Below, in pieces: positions 47,743 through 57,461 of a stretch of DNA of 64,000 bases. A program made the position numbers and the translations under genes. Source of the stretch: Candidatus Eremiobacteria bacterium (lineage in GTDB: Bacteria; Vulcanimicrobiota; Vulcanimicrobiia; Vulcanimicrobiales; Vulcanimicrobiaceae). The notes below the pieces were generated by a model. That model was not told the DNA's origin, did no database searches, and saw only the letters and a program-made list of their open reading frames with translations. The DNA is taken from contig CAVTRC010000001.1 in NCBI GenBank assembly GCA_963737065.1, forward strand, positions 1,344,001 to 1,408,000. The letters are read 5' to 3'. The number at the start of each line of letters is the position of its first letter. Position 1 is the first letter of the stretch.

Positions 47743-48609
47743 CTACGCTGCGGATTTTTTGCGGCGTGTTGTCGTCTTTTTCTCGTGTTTTTCGTGGGAG
47801 GCGGCGCGGCCGTCCGTGCCCGTGCCGCGGCGCTTTTTGCTTTCCTCGAGCGACTGCGCGAGCACGTCCATAAGGTTGACGACCTTCGCGCGGGGCGAGG
47901 CGGCCTTTTTGGCCTTCGGCAATTCTTTACCTTGCGCGCGCGCTTCGATCATTGCGAGCAGCTCATCGTGATACGTGTTTGTGAATTTCTCCGGCTCGAA
48001 TGCGTCGACGGTCATCGTGTCGATCAGCATCTTTGCCATCTTCATCTCGCCCTCGGGCAGCTTTTCGTTTCCCGGAATCTCGAGCGACGACGGTTCGACC
48101 ATTTCGTTCGCCCAGTGCATCAGTTCGAGGACGAGCGCTTCGCCGATGGGTTTTACCGCGGCGATGTATTCCTTAGTGCGAATCACGACCCGCGCGATTG
48201 CGACCTTATTCGATTCGTTCAGCGCTTCGCGCAGCAGCGCATATGCGTGCTTGCCCTGTTTGCTCGGCTCTAGATAGTACGGCTTGTCGAAAAACATCGG
48301 GTTGATCTTATCGAGTTCGACGAACTCCAAAATATCGACGGACTGCGTCGCAACCGGATTGACCTTCTTGAAGTCTTCGTCGCTCAACTCGACGTACTGG
48401 CCCTTCTCGTACTCATAGCCCTTGACGATCTCGTCCCACGGCACTTGCTTGCCGTCAACCGAACAAATCCGCTCGTACTTGATGCGTCCGCCGTCTTTGG
48501 CGTGCAGCATGTTGAACGAAAGCTCGTCGCTGCGGACCGCGGTGAAAAGCTTCACCGGAATCGTAACGAGACCGAAGTTGATAGCACCGGACCATATTGA
48601 ATGCGCCAT
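47743..48609 (-). CDS. ku: NHEJ Ku protein
   Basis: SIWSGAINFGLVTIPVKL, IVKGYEYEKG, FDKPYYL, KVVNLMDVL, basic tail. Confidence 0.96.
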   Translation of the reverse strand: MAHSIWSGAINFGLVTIPVKLFTAVRSDELSFNMLHAKDGGRIKYERICSVDGKQVPWDEIVKGYEYEKGQYVELSDEDFKKVNPVATQSVDILEFVELDKINPMFFDKPYYLEPSKQGKHAYALLREALNESNKVAIARVVIRTKEYIAAVKPIGEALVLELMHWANEMVEPSSLEIPGNEKLPEGEMKMAKMLIDTMTVDAFEPEKFTNTYHDELLAMIEARAQGKELPKAKKAASPRAKVVNLMDVLAQSLEESKKRRGTGTDGRAASHEKHEKKTTTRRKKSAA

Positions 48610-48691
48610 AGCGCGTATAGTGTACCCGACTTCAGCAAGCGGCGCACCGGCTTTCCGTATTTGGTAGTTAGCCAAAGGCCGCCGGCACAAG

Positions 48692-49653
48692 CTATTGTGG
48701 TGGCCAGCGCTTTCGCGCCTTGCCGATTGCGGGTTCGAGCCGCTGCTTCTTCCACGCGCGACCGCCCCACAAGTCGCCGTCGCGGGCGAGCCGCTGCGGC
48801 GTCGTGCGCGTGTTGAATTGCGCGAACGCCACTTCCGGCGACCCGCCGCGCTTACGCGCAAACGCTTCGACTTCGGACCAATCCAGCGGCGTCGAAACGG
48901 GTGCCCCATCACGCGCGCGCACGGAGTATGCACTCACGATCGTCTTGCCGCGGCCGACTTGAAGGAAATCCAAATAGACGAGCGACTGATCGCGTTTCTT
49001 CAGCGACCGCTCGAGCGTCACAAGGTCGGCCGTCGCTGCGCAATTTGCGACGCAACGGCTTCCGCGAAGATCTTTGCCGCATCATACGTGTAGCCCGCGG
49101 CAAGCGGAACGACGATATGCAAGCCCATGCCGCCCGAACTTTTCACCAGCGTCTTCAAGCCGATTTCGGCGAGCAGATCGCGCATTGCAAGCGCAACGGT
49201 TGCCAACGTTTTAATCGAGCACGTTTCACCGGGGTCGAGGTCGAAGAATACGTAGTCCGGCTCTTCGATCGTCGGCACGTGCGAGGTCCAGACGTGCAAA
49301 ATGATCGTCGCAAGGTTCGCAACGAAAACGAGCGTTGCTTCGTCGTTGCATAGCATGTACGTCGTCTTTTCGCGTACGCCGCCGGGACTCGTAAGCGACA
49401 CACGGTCGGCCCACTCCGGCAAACCACGCGGTAACTGTTTTTCGAAGAACGACTGGTCGTCGATGCCGTCGGGATAACGCTGCAACGTCAGCGGATAGTT
49501 GCGCAAATGCGATAGCAACCACGGTGAGACGCCGCGGTAGTACTCGATCAAGTTACCCTTCGTGATGCCGTCGCGCGGGAAGAGCACTTTGTCGAGATTC
49601 GAGACCGAAAGCGTTCGGCCGTTTACGACGAGTTCAGTGCGCTTCGCGGCCAA
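48692..49653 (-). pseudogene. ligD: LigD polymerase domain split by a 1-nt frameshift near 49020-49028
   Basis: SNLDKVLFP, RYPDGI, FDLDP, KSSGGMGLH (49018-49653) continue in another frame as VYLDFLQ, YSVRARDGAPVSTPLDW (48692-49021). Confidence 0.85.
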
Positions 49654-49813
49654 CGTCAGTCTCTGAACTTGAAACGATGTATTGCAGACGCGAGCAATCT
49701 ATCAGTACTTCGTCACCCGCTTCGCTCGCGTTCAGTCGCCGCCTCAGCTCACCGACGTTGCTGATGTCGAACTCGCCCTCGAGTGCGACAGTTACGCAGT
49801 TCCGCTCGGTCAT
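49634..49813 (-). pseudogene. truncated STAS (anti-sigma antagonist) domain
   Basis: MTERNCVTVALEGEFDISNVGELRRRL...VLIDCSRLQYIVSS, then similarity is lost. Confidence 0.7.
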
Positions 49814-49822
49814 GGTCGGTTT

Positions 49823-51451
49823 TTACCCTATGGGCCGCTCGATTATGACGTCTTCCGGATCCTTGTCCATCCGCAGTCCTAAAAAAGCGGGCTGCCGCAA
49901 AAAGCCATCACGCGTCCATTCGGCAAATCGGACTTCGGCGACCAATTCGGGCTTCACCCAATGCTTCGGCGCGTTCGCCACAACCGCGTTCGCAAACGGC
50001 GACGTGCTGCACGAGAGCCGTTCGAGCTTCTTCATGATCTCACCGATGAGCTTGACGGAAAATCCGGTGCCGACCGAGCCGACGAACCGCAACGCTTTGC
50101 CGTCGTATGCGCCGAGCAGCAGCGAGCCGAAGCCCTTGCGGCTACCGCGCGGATCGGTCCATCCGCCGATGACAAATTCTTGCTCGTGTTGCGCTTTGAT
50201 CTTCACCCAGTCGCGCGTACGCCGCTCGATGTAGAGCGACTCGCGTTTCTTTCCGATGATGCCCTCGAGTTCGTTCTGCTTCGCTTGTTCGAAGAGCGCT
50301 TTGCCCGTACCGACGACGTGCTTTGAATAGAGCACGCGTTCGTCGTTGCGTATCAAGCGCTCGAGTAGCGCTTTGCGCGCTTCGAGCGGTTCCTTTCGTT
50401 GATCGCGTCCATCGGCATAGATCACATCGAAGGCAGCATACGTGAGATCGTGACCATGCTGCGCGTACTCTTGTAACCGCTGAAAATCCGAGCGTCCTTT
50501 GGAGTCCAAGCTAACGATCTCGCCGTCCACGATGATCGGAACACTCTCAAACGCATCGGCGAGACCGTCTAAATCCGGAAACTGTTTGAGCAGGTCCAAT
50601 CCGTTGCGTGAAACGAGCGACAGCATCCCGTTCTCGTCAATCGTGCAGATCGCGCGGTACCCGTCCCACTTGATCTCGAAGAGCCATTCGCTATCATCGA
50701 ACGGTGCATCGATGAGCGTCGCAAGCTCGACACCTTTGAGGTGCGGCAGCGCATTCGTCTTTTGCTTTGCTGCCGCGCGCACGGTAGCGCGTTTCGGCGG
50801 ATCTTTCGTTTTCGATGATTGCCATGTCTTCGGGTGTTTTTCTTTGGCAATATCGTCGAGCGTTCGTCCACTGATGACGGATTGCGGATAGTCATTGACG
50901 TCATAATGCGACGGATCGCCGTCCGGATCGTGATCTTTGATCAGCAGCCACGGATCGCCGCTTTCGCCTTCTTTGGGTTTCATTCGCACGAGCGTGAAGA
51001 TGCCGGTCAGCTTGTGACCGTGCATCACGAACTTGATTTTTCCGTGCTTGATCTCATCGACGGGATCGTCGCCTTCGTAAAGCTCGTACCAGCCGTTGTC
51101 CCAGACGATCACTTCGCCCGCGCCGTATTGCCCTTCGGGAATCACGCCTTCGAAATCGCGATAATCCATTGGGTGATCCTCGACGTGCATCGCGAGTCGA
51201 CGCTCGCCGGGAACCATCGTCGGCCCCTTCGGTACCGCCCACGACGCAAGAACGCCGGCGGCTTCTAAACGAAAGTCGTAGTGCAGCCGCGTTGCATCGT
51301 GTTTTTGCACGACGAATCGCAGGCGTTTGCCGCTCTTCGCTTTCGCGCCGCTCGGTTCGGGCGTGATTTTAAAGTCGCGTTTTTTCTTATACGTGGCGAG
51401 CGAGCCGGTGGTGCGGCTCGCATCGCTCGTCTTCCTTCGAGACGCCGGCAT
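49823..51451 (-). CDS. ligD: LigD phosphoesterase + ATP-dependent ligase
   Basis: FVVQKHDATRLHYDFRLE, SWAVPKGP, EIKWDGYR, DGEIV, EGIIGK, WVKIK. Confidence 0.95.
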   Translation of the reverse strand: MPASRRKTSDASRTTGSLATYKKKRDFKITPEPSGAKAKSGKRLRFVVQKHDATRLHYDFRLEAAGVLASWAVPKGPTMVPGERRLAMHVEDHPMDYRDFEGVIPEGQYGAGEVIVWDNGWYELYEGDDPVDEIKHGKIKFVMHGHKLTGIFTLVRMKPKEGESGDPWLLIKDHDPDGDPSHYDVNDYPQSVISGRTLDDIAKEKHPKTWQSSKTKDPPKRATVRAAAKQKTNALPHLKGVELATLIDAPFDDSEWLFEIKWDGYRAICTIDENGMLSLVSRNGLDLLKQFPDLDGLADAFESVPIIVDGEIVSLDSKGRSDFQRLQEYAQHGHDLTYAAFDVIYADGRDQRKEPLEARKALLERLIRNDERVLYSKHVVGTGKALFEQAKQNELEGIIGKKRESLYIERRTRDWVKIKAQHEQEFVIGGWTDPRGSRKGFGSLLLGAYDGKALRFVGSVGTGFSVKLIGEIMKKLERLSCSTSPFANAVVANAPKHWVKPELVAEVRFAEWTRDGFLRQPAFLGLRMDKDPEDVIIERPIG

Positions 51452-51463
51452 CTATGCCGACTC

Positions 51464-51622
51464 TTACACCCTCGCGCCCCGGCCGGTCAATAAATTGATG
51501 ATCAACAGGATGATTGCGACCACCAATACGATGTGGATCAGGCCGCCGAGGAGATGGAACGACAGTCCCACCAGCCAGAAGATAAACAGTATGACGATAA
51601 TGGCCCAAAGCAGTCCGGCCAT
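51464..51622 (-). CDS. lmo0937/DUF5670-like small membrane protein
   Basis: MAGLLWAIIVILFIFWLVGLSFHLLGGLIHIVLVVAIILLIINLLTGRGARV; below ORF-track cutoff. Confidence 0.85.
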   Translation of the reverse strand: MAGLLWAIIVILFIFWLVGLSFHLLGGLIHIVLVVAIILLIINLLTGRGARV

Positions 51623-51625
51623 ACG

Positions 51626-51865
51626 TTACGGATGTCCTCCGTTGTTGGTGGTCGTCGTGCTGTTCGTCGTGGATGACGAGCCGTTCGCACCGGAATTGTT
51701 GCCCGGCTGCGTGATCGTGGTATTATGGGTCGTCGAACTGCTCGTCGCGGACCACGGATGCCACGCGAAGAGCGCGATGAGGACTGCGACGATAACAATT
51801 AGCGTAATGCCGATTGCGGCGCCGCTGCTGCCGCCTTCATCCCTGACGATTACCGGATCGCTCAT
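51626..51865 (-). CDS. small single-TM protein with Thr/Ser/Asn-rich tail
   Basis: GGGAG SD; one TM segment; low-complexity C-terminus. Confidence 0.75.
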   Translation of the reverse strand: MSDPVIVRDEGGSSGAAIGITLIVIVAVLIALFAWHPWSATSSSTTHNTTITQPGNNSGANGSSSTTNSTTTTNNGGHP

Positions 51866-51896
51866 GTCTCAGATGTCTCCCTTCTCCGCATGGGCT

Positions 51897-51922
51897 TTTC
51901 CCGCTCGCTCGCAAGCACAAAC
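51897..51922 (-). promoter_or_regulatory. SigB/SigF-type promoter
   Basis: GTTT-N16-GGGAAA on minus strand, 31 nt upstream of ATG 51865. Confidence 0.7.
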
Positions 51923-51947
51923 GCGGATCATCGCGAAACGGCCAAGC

Positions 51948-52232
51948 GTGACGTTGAGCGTTTTAGGCGGGGCGTTATCGGGTATCATCGGCGTTTTCGC
52001 ATTATTCCGAGCGTTCCGACCGGGCGGGTACTACGACGCCGACGTTTACGGCATGACGGCAGCGACGCACCGGGCGTACGCAGCCCTCTCGTGGGGGTTC
52101 TTCGTCGCTTTCGTCTTCACGCGGTGGTTCCGAGCGGGTACGATAGCCTTTTACCTCTTGGCGGCGTTCGTGCTCGTTGCACTGTTTTACCTGACGTCGT
52201 TTCTGCGCGGAGCTCACGAAGACGATGGCTGA
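51948..52232 (+). CDS. small membrane protein
   Basis: three hydrophobic segments, GGYYDADVYGMT; stop overlaps next gene start. Confidence 0.7.
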   Translation: MTLSVLGGALSGIIGVFALFRAFRPGGYYDADVYGMTAATHRAYAALSWGFFVAFVFTRWFRAGTIAFYLLAAFVLVALFYLTSFLRGAHEDDG

Positions 52233-53949
52233 TTTTCACTTTTCACCGCGCCCGAACCGAGCCGCCGAGATCGAATGGTCGGCATGGGCTCCGGACGCGT
52301 TCGAGCGCGCGGAACGCGAAGACAAGCCCATGCTGCTTGCGATTTCCGCAGTCTGGTGTCACTGGTGCCACGTCATGGATGAAACGACGTATTCCGATCC
52401 GGACGTCATCGGGCTCATCAACGCGAATTACGTGCCGGTGCGCGTCGACAACGACGAACGGCCCGACATCAACGTTCGCTACAACATGGGCGGATGGCCG
52501 ACTACGGCATTTCTCGCACCGGACGGCACGACGTTGACCGGCGCAACATATTTGCCGCCCGTGCAGATGCGTCAGGCATTGAGCGACATCGCGCGATTCT
52601 ATCACGAGAAGAAAAGCGAGATCGCGCAGCGTTCGAATGAATTGCGCGCTAACCGCGTCGCCGTCGAATCGACGCCGGATGCGCTTTCACCCGCAATCGT
52701 CGATCGCGTGCGCGGCGCCATTGCGGACGCTTACGATCCCGAGTTCGGCGGATTTGGAGACGCACCGAAGTTTCCGCAGCCGGAAGTGCTCGAATTCCTG
52801 CTCTACGAATGGCGCGCACGCGATGACCACCATTGCTACGACATGGTCGCGCGAACGATGCTCGAGATGGCACGCGGCGGCATGTACGATCACGTCGAGG
52901 GCGGTTTTTTCCGGTATTCGACGACGCGCGACTGGTCGGTCCCGCACTTCGAGAAAATGGCGGAAGACCACGCCGGGCTCTTGCGCGTGCTCTCGCAACT
53001 GCAGTTATGGGCGCCCACGCAAGAGACCCATGAAACGTTGCGTTCGGCGCTCATGTACGTGCGTACCGTTTTGCGCGACCCGCTCACCGGATTCTTCTCG
53101 GGAAGCCAAGATGCCGATGAATCGTATTTCGCGCTTCCGCTTGAGGAGCGGCGCACGCGAACCGCGCCTTTCGTTGACCCGCGCTCGTACTCGAATTGGA
53201 CGTCATCGCTTGCAGGCACGTTTGCGTGGGCCGCATTGGCAACCGACGACGGTGCGCTCGCGAATGAATCGCTGCTCGCGCTCGATTCGCTGCACGAGCG
53301 AATGCGCGACTCCGACGGCATGCTCTTCCATGTCGTTGCGCCCGGCGAAAAGCCGCGCATCCGCGGGTTGCTTACCGACCAAGTCGCATACGTCCGCGCG
53401 TTGCTCGACGCGCACGAAACGACCGGCGAGGCGCGGTTACTGGAGCGCGCGCGCACACACACCGACGGCATCGCCGTGCATTTCGGTGCGCCGGACGGCG
53501 GCTACTACGACCATGCGCGGCGCGAAAATGTCATCGGGCGTCTCGAACTTGCGGATCGTCCGATGATCGACAACAGCGTCATGGCGGAAAACCTCCTGCG
53601 GCTGAGCCTGATGACGAACGAGGAGCGCTATCGCGCGCAAGCGGAGCGCGTCCTCTCGCTCTATGCGGCGTCGTACGAGAGCGCGGGCGGGTTCGCGGCG
53701 CCGTATGCGCGCACGGTGCGACGGTATCTCACCGCGCCGGTCAGCGTGCGGTTACGCGGCACGCCGGCCGCGACGAGCGATCTGCGGGAGGCAGCACGCC
53801 GTCTGCCCGCCGCCTTCACCACGGTGTACGGGGAGACCGGTGGTGACGCTATGCCGCAAGCCTACGTCTGCGCCGGTACGACGTGCGCAGCCCCCGTAAA
53901 CAGCGCTGCAGAGCTGCGCGGCGCGTACGAGTCCGTCGCCACGATTTGA
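52225..53949 (+). CDS. thioredoxin-domain protein (YyaL/SPATA20, DUF255)
   Basis: WCHWCHVMDETTY, GGWPTT, GGFGDAPKFP, GGFFRYS, VPHFEKM. Confidence 0.93.
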   Translation: MADFHFSPRPNRAAEIEWSAWAPDAFERAEREDKPMLLAISAVWCHWCHVMDETTYSDPDVIGLINANYVPVRVDNDERPDINVRYNMGGWPTTAFLAPDGTTLTGATYLPPVQMRQALSDIARFYHEKKSEIAQRSNELRANRVAVESTPDALSPAIVDRVRGAIADAYDPEFGGFGDAPKFPQPEVLEFLLYEWRARDDHHCYDMVARTMLEMARGGMYDHVEGGFFRYSTTRDWSVPHFEKMAEDHAGLLRVLSQLQLWAPTQETHETLRSALMYVRTVLRDPLTGFFSGSQDADESYFALPLEERRTRTAPFVDPRSYSNWTSSLAGTFAWAALATDDGALANESLLALDSLHERMRDSDGMLFHVVAPGEKPRIRGLLTDQVAYVRALLDAHETTGEARLLERARTHTDGIAVHFGAPDGGYYDHARRENVIGRLELADRPMIDNSVMAENLLRLSLMTNEERYRAQAERVLSLYAASYESAGGFAAPYARTVRRYLTAPVSVRLRGTPAATSDLREAARRLPAAFTTVYGETGGDAMPQAYVCAGTTCAAPVNSAAELRGAYESVATI

Positions 53950-53996
53950 AACACGCTCGTCCGGTTCGGCGTAGTGAATGGTGGAGGAAGACAACC

Positions 53997-54407
53997 ATGA
54001 CACCGTATGTCGAAACGCTTCTGCAGTACGTCCGCCCGGAAAGCCAAGGAGCGTTCGTTTACGACTATCGCCGCTTCGCGAAGGATCCGAACCTCGCGCT
54101 GCTTTTGACGATTTTGCTCGGCATCGTCGGCGGCGAAGCCTACTACATGGGCGAGTGGAAGCGCGGAATTTTGATGACCCTCGCGCTGTTTTCGGGCGTC
54201 GGCCTCTTCATCAGCGTGCCGATGTGGATCGTTCGCTGCTTCACGATCGCAAACGAATGTGAGTCGTACAACGACTACCTCGCCTACTGCCTCGCATACC
54301 GTTACCTGCCGATCGGCACGGCGCCCGAACCGCCCGCGCCGGCTCAGGCTCCCGGTACGCACACACGGCCACACATCTCCGGCTTGCCGATGACCGTTCG
54401 TTCATAA
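53997..54407 (+). CDS. TM2-domain-like membrane protein
   Basis: GGAGG SD; KDPNLALLLTILLGIVGGEAYYMGEWKRGIL. Confidence 0.75.
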   Translation: MTPYVETLLQYVRPESQGAFVYDYRRFAKDPNLALLLTILLGIVGGEAYYMGEWKRGILMTLALFSGVGLFISVPMWIVRCFTIANECESYNDYLAYCLAYRYLPIGTAPEPPAPAQAPGTHTRPHISGLPMTVRS

Positions 54408-54545
54408 CAGCGACCGCCAGGCCCGGCGAGACACCGTCGGGCGTTCGAATTGAGTACGAACCGGCCGCAATGAATGAACAGACCTCGTTGGAGCGTTTCT
54501 CGTAACGGCTGGCGCAGCGATCCAATACATTAACTGGTTGAATAG

Positions 54546-54869
54546 TTGATGTCGATGGTAGTACTCTTCACCGTCGTGGTCACGATAGGGCTCGTTGCTG
54601 TACTAGCATCGGTCGCGATCTCCATTTGGCAGTACGGCAACGTCCGCTTACCGGTCGCCATTTCATCGGCGTGCGCTCTCGCGGCCGCTGTTGCCGAAAT
54701 ACTGTGGTGGCGCAACGCGAACTCCATTGACATTTCGGTCGGTTTCGTTCTTGGGATCGCTAGCATGATGGCTGCATCGTGGGCGATACGAAGCAGAACC
54801 AGCAATGATCTTGAACAGTTCAGACGTCGCTACGATGAGATTAAAAACCGGGTGGACACACGGCGCTGA
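54546..54869 (+). CDS. hypothetical membrane protein
   Basis: three hydrophobic segments; start uncertain. Confidence 0.5.
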   Translation: MMSMVVLFTVVVTIGLVAVLASVAISIWQYGNVRLPVAISSACALAAAVAEILWWRNANSIDISVGFVLGIASMMAASWAIRSRTSNDLEQFRRRYDEIKNRVDTRR

Positions 54870-54880
54870 CGGAAAGGCGG

Positions 54881-56005
54881 CTACGGTCGCACGAATGCGT
54901 TCCAGTACCAGCAACCCCACAGGCCGGCGATAACGGAATACACGATCAGAATCCGCGCCCACAACGCGAGTGCGTTTTTCGCCGCGAGAAACATGAGCGC
55001 GACGAGAAACGGTTCGAAATCAAGCGCGTGACGCATGCCGAACTGCGCGAAGCCGTTGACGTAGTAAACGAAATTCGGCGCCGCGGTTACGAACACGGCA
55101 ACCCAGAGCGCGAGAACGAGTTGCACCGGTCGACGGGCGAAGAATGAATAGATCAACGCCGGGCTCGTCCACGTCAGCGCCACCCCGCTAAGCGTCGGCT
55201 GCAGATACGGAAAGTGCGCGACTCTGTCGGGAGCTTGAACGAGAAACGACCACAGCTCATATGGAAAGTAGCGCAACTGAAACGGTGAGCCGGTCGCACT
55301 TCCCACCTGATCTTGGTGGTACCACGCGGTGTAGCCGATGTCGTACCATGTGCCCCAACGCGCGACGTTGTATGAAACCCAGCCGACCGCAACCGGAACC
55401 AGCACGGCGGCGAACGATGCAATCGCGCGCCGCGAATTGATCAGATACGCGTAGACCGGCAGCGCGAGAATCAGGTCGAAACGCGAGAGCAGCGCGGCGC
55501 TTCCCCAAAGGGCGACGAGCCAGCCCCGCTTCTTACCGGCCAATTCTACGAGCGCGAGCATCGTAAAGCAGACGGCCGATACGTGAGCGATGAACCAAAC
55601 GTCGCCGAGCATCGCGCACCAGAGCAAATCGGTTCCGGCGAGCAACAAGGCACAGATCCAGAGGTTCTCGGCGTCGCCGACGCCGTACCGTTCCCCGAGC
55701 TCGTACGCAGCGGCGACTGCGATCGCACCGAGGACGATCGAAAGCAACGTCTGGTTTGCGTTGCCGAATAGCGCGACGAACGGTAGGAGCAAGAGCGCCG
55801 GCATCGGCGCCTCGATAACGTAATAGTGCCCGTTGTACGGCAGCGCGTCGATATACGAGCCGGGCCAGTTGATCCATGTGTGGCCGTGAAGCAATGCCTG
55901 CGCGAGCAAGACGAAGTTGTTGTACGGCGTGGCGCGTCCGCGCGCGAGGATTGCGATCAGAATAGCAGCGATCGCGCCCACAATAAGCGATCGTTTGATT
56001 TTCAC
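54881..56005 (-). CDS. polytopic membrane protein, GT-C glycosyltransferase-like
   Basis: many TM segments, YNVARWG, GFAQFGMRHALDF. Confidence 0.6.
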   Translation of the reverse strand: MKIKRSLIVGAIAAILIAILARGRATPYNNFVLLAQALLHGHTWINWPGSYIDALPYNGHYYVIEAPMPALLLLPFVALFGNANQTLLSIVLGAIAVAAAYELGERYGVGDAENLWICALLLAGTDLLWCAMLGDVWFIAHVSAVCFTMLALVELAGKKRGWLVALWGSAALLSRFDLILALPVYAYLINSRRAIASFAAVLVPVAVGWVSYNVARWGTWYDIGYTAWYHQDQVGSATGSPFQLRYFPYELWSFLVQAPDRVAHFPYLQPTLSGVALTWTSPALIYSFFARRPVQLVLALWVAVFVTAAPNFVYYVNGFAQFGMRHALDFEPFLVALMFLAAKNALALWARILIVYSVIAGLWGCWYWNAFVRP

Positions 56006-57459
56006 AGTTGCGCGGTCGTTCGCTGCACGCGATAGAGTTCAGGGTGCGCGAAGAGCCGTTCGAGACGAAAACCTCGTACGCTCCCCTCCGGCGTACCGAC
56101 GACGAAAACCGCGCGCCGCGCGCTCCAGCCGTCGACGTGGTCTTCGACGTCGCCGATCCACGCCGGGACGATCGTCCGGCGTCCGGCGGCACGGTCCACA
56201 TACGCCCGATACGCCAGTGCGGGCGCGAGCGTCCAACTCGCAACGATAATTGCATCATCGGGCGTTCGGTCAAGCACCGCGTTCGCCGCATCGGCCGCTC
56301 GCCGGTCACCGGCCTGCCCGGAGATCGTCGGCTGCGACACGAGCAACGCTGCGGTGGCGACCAGCATCGCCGCGTGCGCGGGAAACCGCACGACTGCCAC
56401 CCGCAAAGACGCGAGACCGTATCCCGCAAGCGAGCCGAGCGCCACGAACGCCGGTAAGAAATATCGCGAAACGTCCGACTCATCGCGAAAGCCAAGCGCG
56501 AACAGTGCGGGCGCAGCACCTGCAATGCACAGTACGAGAACGCGCACATCACGCTTTCGCGCGGCGAAGAATACGCCGGTCGCTGCCGCCGCGAGACCAA
56601 TCCACGTCAGTTCTCGCGCGGCTAGCGCGACGAATGATGCCGCTGCATCGAAGTCTCCGTCGTTCGCATACGCATGAAGGCCCGCAGCGACGTCCACATC
56701 CGGAGCGAACACCAGATCGAAAAACTGCGATGGTGCTATCGGATGATCGTAATCCCAAAACGCGTTTCCGACGATGCCGAGTTGCGCGACGGGATCCAGG
56801 TGAGCTGCCGTAACGGCCGCGCTACGCAACGGAAGATAGAGGAACCAGATCGTCGCCGACGCGACAGCGATCAGCGAAGCGGCGAGCAACGCTCGTCCGT
56901 CCACTTGATGGAGTTTCGCAATGACGAGTGCTAAGATCGCGGGAAGCAAGAAAAGTGCGATTGGGTGCGCGGCGACAGCAAGCCCGAATGCAATCGCTGC
57001 CGCGTAGAGGCGGCTCGGGCGCGCTTCACGATGCCACTGCAAGAGCAACCACAAGGCCGAAGCATACAACGCGATCGCAAGCGCATGAACGTCCGCGCGC
57101 GTCGCGACGGTCCACGTGACGCCGCCCACGGCAAAAATCCACGAGGCGAGAACGGCGGCCACGCGATCGCCGGACAACTCGTGAACGATCGCATACACGC
57201 ACCATGCCGCGAGGCTCATGCAAAGCGCGCTGAACAGGCTCATGCGGAACGCGACGGAACCGAACGGCAGCGCGTGCGAAAACAGCCACCCCGCAAGCGT
57301 ATACAGCGGGAGGCCCGGCGGATGCGCGATACCGAGAATATACGGTACGGTGTCCATCTCGCCGACATCCCAAAATCCGACGAAACGATGTGCCGTCGCG
57401 GCGTAAACGATGAGCGGCGCGCCGAACGCTGCAAAACTTGCGATGCGCGCACTGTTCAC
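56002..57459 (-). CDS. DUF2723 / TMEM260-like membrane glycosyltransferase
   Basis: WDVGEM...LGIAHPPGLPLY, YLPLRS; start GTG 57459. Confidence 0.85.
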   Translation of the reverse strand: MNSARIASFAAFGAPLIVYAATAHRFVGFWDVGEMDTVPYILGIAHPPGLPLYTLAGWLFSHALPFGSVAFRMSLFSALCMSLAAWCVYAIVHELSGDRVAAVLASWIFAVGGVTWTVATRADVHALAIALYASALWLLLQWHREARPSRLYAAAIAFGLAVAAHPIALFLLPAILALVIAKLHQVDGRALLAASLIAVASATIWFLYLPLRSAAVTAAHLDPVAQLGIVGNAFWDYDHPIAPSQFFDLVFAPDVDVAAGLHAYANDGDFDAAASFVALAARELTWIGLAAAATGVFFAARKRDVRVLVLCIAGAAPALFALGFRDESDVSRYFLPAFVALGSLAGYGLASLRVAVVRFPAHAAMLVATAALLVSQPTISGQAGDRRAADAANAVLDRTPDDAIIVASWTLAPALAYRAYVDRAAGRRTIVPAWIGDVEDHVDGWSARRAVFVVGTPEGSVRGFRLERLFAHPELYRVQRTTAQL

Positions 57460-57461
57460 GA

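Noticed and set aside
51327..51947. N-terminal part of the 301-aa plus-strand ORF
   Set aside because: Antisense to two small minus-strand genes and ligD; only 51948-52232 looks coding
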